In this document: positions 50,864 through 62,488 of the stretch, piece after piece
Position numbering within the stretch: the first letter of the stretch is position 1
Layout: each line of letters opens with the position of its first letter
NCBI GenBank assembly: GCA_965637545.1
Contig: OZ281500.1
Coordinates: forward strand, 22,010,001-22,074,000
Origin: Phallusia mammillata
Taxonomy: Eukaryota
DNA length: 64,000 bases
Direction of reading: 5' to 3'
Notes under the pieces: generated by a model
What the model was told of the DNA's origin: nothing
Databases searched by the model: none
Seen by the model: only the letters and a program-made list of their open reading frames with translations
Translations under genes and position numbers: made by a program

Positions 50864-51767
50864 TTCCAAAACATAAAATCATCTGCAATCTTTTCTGACT
50901 AGATGTGATCCAATTTTGAACAGTCGTAGGTAAATGAATCCTCAGCTAAAAACCGCCCACCATCAGATACAAAGTTTTCTTATTAAATCGTCATAGACCA
51001 CTTATGTGTAAAGAGGGGGTATGACGTTTTTCCTGTTGTCAGTGTGAAGATCGCTTCAGTCCAGAACAAGCTTTTGCATATGGTGGGCCAAGACAAAAAA
51101 CATAACGAATAATCTGTCAGTTTAATGTTAAAACCGGTAGTACCGGTTTCGTTTTAGGAAATATCCATGTCACTATTTGGTGGTGAAACTGGCGTTTAAA
51201 ACATTTTATATTGTGTTATGACGTTATAGGTTATGATAAACGCCAGTTATGAAAGTTAAGTACTTTCGTAAAAGATAAACTTACCAATACTACGTGTAGT
51301 GCATTGTAGAAGTCACATTTAAAACTGACGTTACACTTTATAACGTTTAGCCACTGATTATTGTGCGATGTTTACAGCACCCTGCGCCAACGAACAGTCG
51401 GTGATACTTTGGTTTCGCGTTTGGGACTTCCTCAATTTTTCACGTGATTTTTCGTGACGCGACAACCATTCAGGTTCACCGGAGGTTGGACACTTAACTG
51501 TGACGTTTGCAACCTTTGACAAAGCAACTCCATTACGATGATAGCATATCTTTTACTACGCCATGACAATAGTTGCGACACCACTTCGAAGAAATAATAT
51601 TTCTCTAGTAATTGTTAAGCAAGCAACTGGAATTTCTACACAATGGAAATAAGACCACTACGAAAATAGTAAAATGGCAAAAGCTGTGTCAAAAAGCTCT
51701 TAGTAGTAAAAAAATATGCAACTCAATAAAGCTTGAATGTGCAATGCGCAACATGGAAAAACAAAGC

Positions 51768-51894
51768 CTACAAAATAATGCAACTACAGCACTTTTTTGG
51801 TTTGTTGTCAATCAACTTGTCAAAATGAGTCACATGTGTTCTTGGCTGTGAAGCCGTTGGGTAGATGTCAACTATATATGAATTCTTCAAATTC
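51768..51894 (-). CDS. Orphan intact CaaX exon (copy of PB14 exon 2)
   Basis: Phase-2 acceptor; NLKNSYIVDIYPTASQPRTHVTHFDKLIDNKPKKCCSCIIL*; only ~45 nt of its own exon 1 survive (52075-52118). Confidence 0.55.
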
Positions 51895-53380
51895 CTGCTA
51901 AAAATAGGAAAAATGTGTTTTATTCACATGCCAAACTTGTTGCAGTGGTCGAACAGTTTAGATCAGAGTAACCTTGATTGTTTGAAATTCTTTTTTGTTA
52001 AGTTCACATAGACTTTACGCGGCTATTACATACTGCGTCTTTAATACTTTTGTTAATGTTATAAAATAAAATACCTTGAACGTGAAGAACTCACAGGCGT
52101 TCTTATAGCTTTTGCACTTTCGGGCAGCGATGTTGTTTCCAGGTTCGTTGACGTGTTGTCGTGGTAACTCCCGAGGGACGCTACGGGTCTTTGGCGGGAC
52201 TTTTTTCAGATCGTTTTTGACATCTGAATACAAAAAATACAATTCTTGAGTTTAAGCAAGGTGCTCTGACCAAACACTAGGGCAAAACATTTGTTTTACA
52301 TGATAAAGATACAGATAAAATTAGGTTTTGTCTCCATTATCGATTAATTGGACATTATACGATTTTAGCTATTCTGTTTTAAGCTGTATGTAGCGTATTT
52401 TAATAAACGCAAAAAATAAAGAAAAAATACGTCGAAATAAAAATAAGTTAGGCTTCAACGAGCAAAAGAACCACATTAACCTGCTGTGCTTACATGTATA
52501 ATTCTAACCCCTTTTTGCATCACCTTCGTTAAGTCTCCCCGAAACAAACAGTTAGCAAATCGGCTGGTTCCGTCGAGCATCTTATTCCCTGTATTACGAT
52601 CGATTGCGAGATCTCAGATGGTAGTTCGCTGTGGAAGGTGCTGCAGCACAAGCATGCTTGTCTTCGACAGGGCGTCTGATCTAAAAAAAAAATCCTACGG
52701 CAGTTTTTTGCTCTTTTGTATGTGACCAAGTTATCTAGTTCGTTTGGTATGATACAAAGCGGTTAAAAGCAGGCAACAAAAACACACTGATATAAAACAA
52801 GAAGCAAACAAGATATAAATGACAAGTGTAATTTGTATATATGGGAACAGGTGAATTTGTTTGGTTTCTGGTAAATGTGAGGTCGCGGGGGTGTTTCATT
52901 TAGGGGTCGTATTGCCTAAAATAGGTGCAATTTAACTTTTTTTGAAAAAGAACGAGCGTGACAAAGACTTGATGTCGTGTAATTATTCTTCCTGTGCTTT
53001 TGGACCTCGATGGCAAATTGATCTCAAGTCGATTACGGTGCTTACCCGGGCATCAAAATAATTATGTCTGTCATCCTTTCTGGTGTTGTTAATGTGTACT
53101 GACGAAATAGGTGTAAACAAGGAGTTACATGTGGTAGGCATTAGAATGAAACAATTTGATCACCTCGAGTTTATAAGTGTCTTTACAATTAAAAAAAACG
53201 CAATTCATGATATAGTGTGGTAGCCCGACATCGGTAAGTGCTGCGAGTGATAGCTTGCAGGATTGATTGTTACAAAGAAGGGGGCTTTAATTAATGCCAG
53301 GTAAAGGAAATGTTTTTCTTTATTATTAAGACCGGTCTCCCAAGCATTCCCATATGGCAAGGCTCAGACTAGAAAAATAT

Positions 53381-53454
53381 AGCCAGTGGTGGGATTCGAA
53401 CCCACGACAGGAGTCTTTCCGGGACTCGCGCTCTACCAACTGAGCTACACAGGC
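53381..53454 (-). ncRNA. tRNA-like element / SINE head, copy 2
   Basis: Same structure as 48329-48402, with T-loop TTCGAAT. Confidence 0.6.
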
Positions 53455-53523
53455 TGTGTTTTTTGTGTAAATATAATGTCGCCAGTTTTAAATCGAGCGA
53501 GAGAAAAAGGTAAAGGCAACGAT

Positions 53524-53747
53524 TCACATTATGGGAAATTTTGTTTTAGTTAAAGTAAGGAAAACACCACCACTACTACCATCCCCCGCAGGAGTTGTTA
53601 GTATTGGGAGAAACTGTTGTCCAAAGTAGTCACTGCAGGCTTGTGATAGTTTCGTTCCAAAACACCCAGTGTTGTTCGCAGTTTGACTGGTCGTTGATAC
53701 AAACCCAAGGTATTTTAGATGCGTCGATCGCTGAATTTGCTGCAAAC
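53524..53747 (-). CDS. Tentative terminal exon of PB18 (via micro-exon 54150-54134)
   Basis: Paralogue of 48470-48693 with one amino-acid change. Confidence 0.35.
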
Positions 53748-54219
53748 CTATGAAAATCTAAAACCTCTGCTTGTTAAAACGCTTGAAAATACAAAACAGT
53801 AGATAGTTTACCTTTTTCAGGCAATAAACTGTTGTGCCACATCCAGTAATGATAATACATGTTAACAAACATTGATGACGCCATGTTAGTCATGTAAAAA
53901 TATATTCAGTGGTTGTCAAACGCACATCTACCGGTTTTTGTTGCCATGCGTTATGTCGTTGTTTATTAGTTTGGTCTTTTCATGTTGTTACTAAGTGTTG
54001 CCAAGGGAGTGCCAAAAAAAGAACCCATGCATCCGACAAAAAAACACCGAAGGAGGTATTCGAACTCTTGACCCCTTTTATAAAATAGCCTTAATAATTT
54101 TATTTTTTGTGTAGTGTTAAAAGTTTTTTTTACCATTTGGTTGCATTGCCCTGTTTTATTAGATTAGAAGTATATTTTTTAACCTTGTTATTTGAAATCT
54201 TATCTTAGAAACAACATAC

Positions 54220-54617
54220 CTTTGTTGTAAAGCATATGAAGAGTTATCTTGCAAAGTTTTAAACGTATGGGCGTAGGTCTCGGACTGGCGACCTCTCACA
54301 TAGATGCTGTAACCGTCGTTGTTTGTTGTAAATTTGTCAATGTAGGTGACCAAAGTCACATAAATTTGTCTTAGCAACCCTCTCTTTTCCAGCACACGAA
54401 ACATGTAAAGACGCCGGTTGTCTAAACTGTAATACTTGCTACCCTGAACGCAGACTCGAATGTTTCGAAAACCTGATGCTTTCATTAAACCTCTTTCGAT
54501 TTCCCTAATAGCTTTATTGACACTTCCACCACGCGTGAATGTCTGTCCTATGTTGTCTTGAGTGAATCTGATTTTACTTGGAGCTAAGCGCATTGTATTG
54601 TTACAGGTATGCGACAT
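54220..54617 (-). CDS. PB18: ParB/Srx-fold exon 1
   Basis: MSHTCNNTMRLAPSKIRF..YSLDNRRL; phase-2 donor AG|GTATGT; alternative ATG at 54665. Confidence 0.85.
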
Positions 54618-54684
54618 TTCTAAGATTAAAAACCCAGCTACAAACCTTTTCTGACCAGCTAGCATCCAACTTATAACACTTATA

Positions 54685-55300
54685 TAGGCAACCTATGCGC
54701 AATAAGGCGTGGTGTGACGTATTTACTATTTTAATTTTGTGTGGTGCATTCATCGGTAAAAATGTTTAGTCATAGACAACCTATGTGGAATAGAGCATAG
54801 TGTGACGTTTTTACTATTTTAATTTTGTGTGGTGCATTCATCGGTAAAAATGTTTAGTCATAGACAACCTATGTGGAATAGAGCATAGTGTGACGTTTTT
54901 ACTATTTTAATTTTGTGTGGTGCATTCATCGGTAAAAATGTTTAGCCTATGTGGAATAGAGCATAGTGTGACGTTTTTACTATTTTAATTTTGTGTGGTG
55001 CATTCATCGGTAAAAATGTTTAGTCATAGACAACCTATGTGGAAAAGAGCATAGTGTGACGTTTTTACTATTTTAATTTTGTGTGGTGCATTCATCGGTA
55101 AAAATGTTTAGTCATAGACAACCTATGTTGAATAGAGCATAGTGTGACGTTTTTACTATTTTAATTTTGTGTGGTGCATTCATCGGTAAAAAATGTTTGG
55201 TCATAGACAACCTATGTGGAATAGAGCATAGTGTGACGTTTTTACTATTTTAATTTTGTGCGGTGCATCCATCGATAAAACGGTTTGGTCATAGACAACA
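54685..55300. repeat. 88-bp tandem repeat (about 7 units) directly upstream of PB18
   Basis: CATAGACAAC landmarks at 54771, 54859, 55025, 55113, 55202, 55290; only 2 units upstream of PB17 and PB20. Confidence 0.9.
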
Positions 55301-55970
55301 TACGTAACGAGGCATAATGTGAAGTTTTTTCTTATACAGTTTCGACTTTTGTAGTGGTAAGCTCAAAAATTTCCGGTTCTATAGATCCGTCTCGCGTAAT
55401 GTTATGAGATCAGCGAACCGGTTAGCATTACTGGTTACTGTCAATGGAAATATAAACTTTTGTAACAGAACCGGTTTTAAAATTTGACTTTTGTGATATA
55501 ACCGACTGCCATAAAATTTCAATCTCACCACTGGCTATATGGAGACTTTACTTTGCATTGACACGTATTTAGGCAAGGGACATTGACAACTAAACCCCTA
55601 TTTATTTGAATAAATCAACTAAGAAGCAAATTAAGATGTGTTTTAAAGTCGTCCACACTGGGTTCTATAAGCACAACATTTCCAAAGTTGCAAAAACAGA
55701 CTTACTTTTAGGAGGAACAATAGTTGGTCAAAAGAACAAAAACAACATTTTTAGCAAGTAAATGAGTTTTACAAGACTTAATTTTTATGTTTTTTCATAG
55801 ATTTCTAGTGCCAATGTACTAATCTCATTAAAGACATCGTAGAATTTAACATCGTATTACATACTTAACAGCGATGCAAAAACCTTGACGAATAATTGTC
55901 TCGCACATTTTACAATCTCTTGAGCAGTTTTTGCTACAATCGGGACGTAAATGGTAATTTGTTCTTTACT

Positions 55971-56982
55971 TTATCGTAGAAGATAACAGGCTAAAGCAAG
56001 GCCACCAAGCGCGACCATTAGCATGGTTTTGAACAACCAACCACTAGAGTCACTGTTGTCTTTACGGAGTGAACGGTCATATTGTTTATCGGAATGGTAA
56101 TAGTAAGGGGCTTCGTAATGGTGTTGTGACTTTCGGTAACTATGGTAAGGTGCTGAGTCATTGTAGTAAAATTTCGTTAGAGCAAGAAGTTTCACCTCGT
56201 AGAGTCACATTTCTGGTCTCAAACAGTATTTGCCAACGAAATGACTTTAACTGACACTTGATTACGTAGGTCGCCCATATACAAATGCATATTAGGCTCG
56301 GAATGTCTTTTTATTTGATCGTAACATTGGCTTAGCGATGTATGCATTTGTATATGGGCGACCTACGTAAACAAGTGTCAGTTAAAGTCATTTCGTTGGC
56401 AAATACTGTTTGAGACCAGAAATGTGACTTTACAAACTGAAACTTCTTGCTCTAACGTACATCTGTGCCAATTTATAGAAAAATATTAGGCTCGGAAGGT
56501 CTTTTTATTTGTTTCGTAACATTGGACTATGTACTGTGTATGCATTTGTATATATGCGACTTATGTAAACGAGTATCGGGTAAAGTCATTTCATTGGAAA
56601 ATACTGTTTGAAACCAGAAATGTGACTTTACAAGCTCAAACGTTTTCTCCCATACCTCAAAATGTCGATTTGTACGTACCTTGACCACTCTCTATGGTTT
56701 AAAAAAATAAAAATGAAAAAATATATTTGGAAATTGTACGCAGTGGTGCGTAACGCTTATTAACAATTTTCGCACTTACCATTTCGGCGAAATGATGATG
56801 GTTCCAAACTGCAGTACTTGTTTGTTCCATAATTCCATGACGGCAGTGTCACCGTTTCTTTACTTTCCAAACGTTGCGATGACGTTTCCGGTCTCGTTGA
56901 CGTGTTGCCTTGGTAACTCACGAGGGACGCGTTTCCATAGTCACGGTCGTTGGCGGCAGATATTTTAGATCGGTTTTGAGAT
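55971..56982 (-). pseudogene. Split TM-tail exon region of the psi-D unit
   Basis: Open phase-2/1 exon 56982-56780; the 3' TM-coding part (MLMVALGGLALACYLLR*) at 56195-55971 is separated from it by a fold-back palindrome. Confidence 0.6.
56175..56457. repeat. 117-bp-arm inverted repeat with 49-bp spacer, plus a diverged tandem copy at ~56486-56640
   Basis: 56175-56291 pairs with 56341-56457 with only a few mismatches. Confidence 0.9.
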
Positions 56983-57277
56983 CTAAAATAAAAAATACAG
57001 CTCTTTCGGTAAGCACTAAAGGGAACAAAGCTTTCTAATTAGATGGTAAAGATACAGTTATTCGTTTGTAAAAATGAGTTTTGTCTTTTCTTTCGGTTAC
57101 TTGGACAATAAATGAACACAAGCGTCGCATTTCACGCTTCAGTTAGTTGCGTACTTTTAATAAACGTGGAAAATGAAATAACAAGATAGGCCACAACAAA
57201 TTTATTATCTTCAAAACAGTGTACAGTATTGCAGTTGTACCCTAATTGTTTGCTTTGGTGAACATTCAAACACTTAC

Positions 57278-57577
57278 CTGGGCCGGGTTTTGAAGGTATG
57301 AGGCAGCGTATGTATTCCTCTTACTTTAACAGACCGCCCTCTGTTTTTTGTTGTCCGTTTTATGTTAGGTAAGTGATTTACCAGACGAACAGGGATGCTG
57401 TTGATTTGCCTTGCTTTTGTAAAACACGAAACGCATACAGTCGCCTATTGTCTGCGCTGTAATACTTCCCGGCGATTCTTGCGACTTTAATAGGTTTTAT
57501 ATCTTCAACCTTTAAGTAACCGCAACCAATTTCATTTCGGACGGGGCCAGGTAGCACACATTGTCACCAACTACCAT
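57278..57577 (-). pseudogene. psi-D: PB15 paralogue with a frameshifting internal deletion
   Basis: MVVGDNVCYLAPSE, then loss of the RFSQDTI..NK segment; exon is 300 nt versus 368 nt in PB15; YSADNRRL codons and phase-2 donor retained. Confidence 0.85.
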
Positions 57578-58786
57578 TATACCTTCTTTGCAATCAAACT
57601 ATGTTTGCTACACCCGCCTTTGAAATAAAAGTTGTCAAAAAGTTTAAACATGTCACATATGTCACAATTTTAATGTTGTGCATTACAAGTAAGCAAAACA
57701 AAAAGAAAAACTATCAAAGAATGCCAGGCACTTTCCTTTTGGACACACACAGTTGCCGAATAAAAACTTGGCAGTGCTATCTGTTTCCTAAACGTCAAAC
57801 CACATACAATGTATCCTTTTACTGATTTGATTTAATGAGACATAAGGCAATGCAGATTGTGCGAATCCATGCAAAACAAAATCTAACTGTAAGCCTGTAG
57901 GGAAACAACACCTGCAACTAACTAAATGCCATGCGATACTGCACTTTTCAGTGGTATTAAAGAAGCTAGACTGCTTAATAATTAATAAGTAGTATTTGTT
58001 TGGCTGGCACAGACACCACGAGTCGATAAAAGTTCTTCAAACAAAACAACATTTTCTATTTGCTTGTCAGTACATATTTTCTTAGGGCAGTGGTTCCCAA
58101 CCTTTTCGATAAATTCCTACCTTAACAATACAAACCATTTTCATTTCTCCCTAACATATTACATAGTAAATGGTAACTTTAATCTTTGCATTGCATTTCT
58201 GCATCGGTTTCCAGATTAAAACCGGCAGCAACAAAGTAAGCTATCATGCATGGCCCTTTACTGCCACCCAGGCCCTGACTCAAAATTACAAAGTTCTTTC
58301 AACACGTCAACCACTGAGAGACTTGAATTGTAGAAAGCGAAACCTTTCAAACCGTTTAGCCACTGATTATTGTGCGCTGGTTACAACACCCTGCGCCAGC
58401 AAATTCTCGGTGATACTTTGGTTTCGCGATTGGAACTTCCGCAAGCTGCTGCGTGATCTGTTATGACGCGACTGCCATTCAGGTTCACCGATGTTGGGCG
58501 CTTTAACTGTGACGTTTTAGCCTTTAACAAAAGACATCTATTCCATGGTTTGTGTATTTTGGGAACTTGCAGAAACAATATTTGTCATTCATGGTTACCA
58601 ATATGCTATAGAGCAGGTTTAGGCAACTCAAGTTTAAACAGTGGTAAATAAGACCATTAAATGTAACGAAAAAAACTACTAAAATGGTAAAAGTTGTGTC
58701 AAAAACTGATGATAGTATCAAAAACATAAAAAAATTTGCAATAAAGCTTGAATATACAATGCGCAAGTACATAGCAAAAAAAATGC

Positions 58787-59780
58787 CTACAAAATAATGC
58801 AACTACACCAGTTGTCTGGCTCGTTGTCCGTTGTGTCATATTGAACCACTCTTGGCCTTGGTTTTGTGAGAGTGAAGTCAACATTTGACCTTGGCTCGGT
58901 AGGAGTGATGTCAACATTTGACCTTGACTCCGAAACAGGTGAATCGACGTCCGATTCCATACTTTCCATATCAACCACAACTGAATTTGCCGCATTCATG
59001 CTTGAAAATGAAGAAATATTATACTTTTATGGGATGCCAAAATCTTATACCTTTGTTAAAAGAATATAGTTTACCTTTGTAAAGTTATATGATACAATAG
59101 TATGGCTACAAGCGTAGGCTTTTTTTATCAGAATTTGTCACATTTTGCGCGACTTAAAATCGACTTTTTTGTAGAGTATTCTGTTAATGTAGTCAAAAAA
59201 ACATTTTTTTTCACAAAAGAGACAAAAGTAACAAAACACAGACAAAACATTTTGACTTTTCAAAATAATCCATTATCCTGATGAAGGTATATTGTACGGC
59301 ACGTCAAAACGTCTAATATGTCTTGCAGCAACAGCTAAAATACAAAACATACCTTGGAAGTGAATAACTTGCAGGTCTTGTGGCCAGTTCACTGAAAGGT
59401 GCTGAAATACTTCGTAATGTGTCAAACGTATGATCGTAGATCTCGTAGTGGCGTCCTCTCACATCGATACTGTATCCGTCGTTGTTTGTTGTAAACTTGT
59501 CAATGTATGTGACCCTAACAACACCAATTTGTCTTAGCTTTCCTCTCTTTTCCAGCACACGAAACACGTAAAGACGCCGGTTGTCCAAGCTGTAATACTT
59601 GTTATCCCGAATACAGACACGAATTTTCGGAAAATCTGATGCTTTCATTAAACCTCTTTCGATTTTCTTTATAGCCTCATTGACACTTCCGCCTTTTGTG
59701 AATGTATGTCCAATGGTGTCTTGAGTGAATCTGATTTCACTTGGAGCTAACCGTATTTCTTTATTGCTGGTATACGCCAT
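58787..59780 (-). CDS. PB19: ParB/Srx-fold domain + CaaX tail (WCSCIIL*)
   Basis: Exons 59780-59353 and 59000-58787; phase 2. Confidence 0.8.
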
Positions 59781-60519
59781 TTCCGAGATGTGCAACCAAC
59801 TGCAATCTGATTTTTCTGACTGGCTGACACCCAACTTTGAACAGTCTTAGATAATTTCAGCGCTATCAAAATAGAACTACTAATAAGGCATATTGTGACG
59901 TTTTTTCTATGGTAATGTTGTGTGATTCACCTATCCATAGTACAGTTTTGTTATCGGCAACTTATGTGTAATGAGTTATTGCGTGACGTTTTCCCAATAT
60001 GGTTTCGACTTTCCAAGTCAAGATTGTCCCGTTTATGATTTTGGGTAGTAATAAGAATAATATTTGAAGCAGTAGCCCTCATGCAGAGAAGATGCCATTG
60101 AATTGTAAAGTCAAACTACTTTCGACATCACAAAAAAAATATGAATTACATGGAGACTGATTCACACTAAGAACTATTCGAGAAAGAGACATTGACAACC
60201 TAATAAATATTTGCTTGAATAATTTAACAAAAAGCAAATCATGGTATGATTAAAAATCGTCCACTCTGGGTCCGCAAGACACTTTGCCGGAATATAAAAC
60301 TCTGAAAGCACAACTTTCCAAATTAAAAAAAAAACACACTTGCCGGGAACAATTGCTTGCAGTTGAAAGCTACCACTATTTCTTTGCGTTATTCGAGGAA
60401 AACAATGGTTAAATGAAGTGAATGTGTTTTACTATTATCTATTATTTGTCACAAATTAAACAACGGTATAAAATTCTCGACGAATGACCTCCCACATTTT
60501 ACAATCGCTTTCGCTGTTT

Positions 60520-60922
60520 TTGCTGCACTTGGAGCATAAGTGGTGATTTGTTTCTTTAGTTTATCATATAAGATACCAGGCTGAAGCGAGACCGCCAATC
60601 CCGAAAATTAGCTTGACCTTTAATGGCCAACCAGTCACTGTATTTACGCGAAGAGCCGTCATCTCGATTAACATAATAGTCATCATGATGGACTTAAGTA
60701 ATCGCAATGATGGTAACTTTGGTAAAGTGCTGAGTCATTGTAGTAATAGTTAACGTCATAGTGGTAAAATGCATCGTCATATGACCTTGATGACGACAGA
60801 ATCGCCTTTACTGGTATTTCGGGCAGCGATGTTGTTTCCAGGTTCGTTGACGTGTTGTCTTGGTAACTCCCGAGGGACGCTATGGGTCTTTGGCGGGACT
60901 TTTTTCAGATCGTTTTTGACAT
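60520..60922 (-). pseudogene. Disrupted TM-tail exon, duplicate of 46720-47127
   Basis: Same early TAG and frameshifts. Confidence 0.65.
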
Positions 60923-62123
60923 CTGATATACAAAACATACAATTCTTGAGTTAAGCAAGGTGCTCTGATCAAACACTAGGGCGAAACTTTTGTATTCCAT
61001 GATAAAGATACAGATAAAAATTAGGTTTGGTCTCCATTATCGATCAATTTGACACTAGACGAATTCAGTCATTCTTTTTTAATAAATGTAAAAATAAAAA
61101 CATACGTCGAAATAAAAATAAGTTAGGCTTCAACGAGCAACAACAAAAGAACCAAATTAACCTGCTGCGCTTACATGTATATTTCCAATCCCTTTTTTGC
61201 ATCACCTTCGTTAAGTCTCCCCGAAGAAAACAATTAGCAAATCGGCTGGTTCCGTCGAGCATCTTATTCCCTGCTTTATTACGATCGATTGCGAGATCTC
61301 AGATGGTAGTTCGCTGTGGAAGGTGCTGCTTGTCTTCGACAGGGCGTCTGATCTAAAAAAAACCTACGGCAGTTTTTTGCTCTTTTGTATGTGACCAAGT
61401 TATCTAGTTCGTTTGGTATGATACAAAGCGGTTAAAAGCAGGCCGCTGAGGTAAAGCAAAAACAAAAACACACTGAGGTAAAGCAAGCAGCAAAAAATAT
61501 AAATGATAAGTGTAATTTGTTAATAGGGGAACAGCTGAATTTCTGGTAAATGTGAGGTCGCGGGGGTGTTTTAGTTATTTAGGGATCGTATTGCCTAAAA
61601 TAGGTGCAATATAACTTTTTTTGAAAAAGAACGAGCGTGACAAAGACTTGATGTCGTGTAATTATTCTTCCTGTGCTTTTGGACCTCGATGGCAAATTGA
61701 TCTCAAGGCGATTACGGTGCTTACCCGGGCATCAAAATAATTTAGTCTGTCAGCGCTTCTGGTGTTGTTAATGTTTACTGACGTAGTTGGAATGAACAGG
61801 GAGTTGCATGTAGTAGGCATTAGAATGAAACAATTTGATCACCTCGAGTTTATAAGTGTCTTTACAATTTGAAAAAACGCAATTCATGATATAGTGTGGT
61901 AGCCCGACATCGGTACGTGCTGCGAGTGATAGCTTGCAGGATTGATTGTTACGAAGAAGGGGGCTTTAATTAATGCGAGGTAAAGGGAATGTTTTTCTTT
62001 ATTATTTAAGTTTAAGACATCCCGTGTCTTATTATAGTACGCCAGGCTCATTAAAGGCGTTATACCGAACCAGGCCAGTCTTCCAAGCATTCCCATATGG
62101 CAAGGCTCAGACTAAAAAAATCT

Positions 62124-62197
62124 AGCCAGTGGTGGGACTCGAACCCACGACAGGAGTCTTTCCGGGACTCGCGCTCTACCAACTGAGCTACACAGGC
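62124..62197 (-). ncRNA. tRNA-like element / SINE head, copy 3
   Basis: Identical to 48329-48402. Confidence 0.6.
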
Positions 62198-62264
62198 TGT
62201 GTTTTATATAAATATAATGTCGTCAGTTTTAAATCGAGCTAGAGAAAAAGGTAAAGGCAACGAT

Positions 62265-62488
62265 TCACATTATGGGAAATTTTGTTTTAGTTAAAGTAAG
62301 GAAAACACCACCACTACTACCATCCCCCGCAGGAGTTGTTAGTATTGGGAGAAACTGTTGTCCAAAGTAGTCACTGCAGGCTTGTGATAGTTTCGTTCCA
62401 AAACACCCAGTGTTGTTCGCAGTTTGACTGGTCGTTGATACAAACCCAAGGTATTTTGGATGCGTCGATCGCTGAATTTGCTGCAAAC
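62265..62488 (-). CDS. Tentative terminal exon of PB20 (via micro-exon 62894-62878)
   Basis: Same translation as ORF 48470..48691. Confidence 0.35.

Noticed and set aside
40606-51851. Repeated 79-aa plus-strand ORF (MLSKQLEFLHNG..) and 109-aa ORFs at 47232/61027
   Set aside because: Antisense to CaaX exons or within duplicated intronic DNA; recurrence reflects segmental duplication, not coding constraint.
54685-55300. CRISPR array
   Set aside because: Units are contiguous 88-bp repeats without unique spacers; no cas genes; eukaryotic context.
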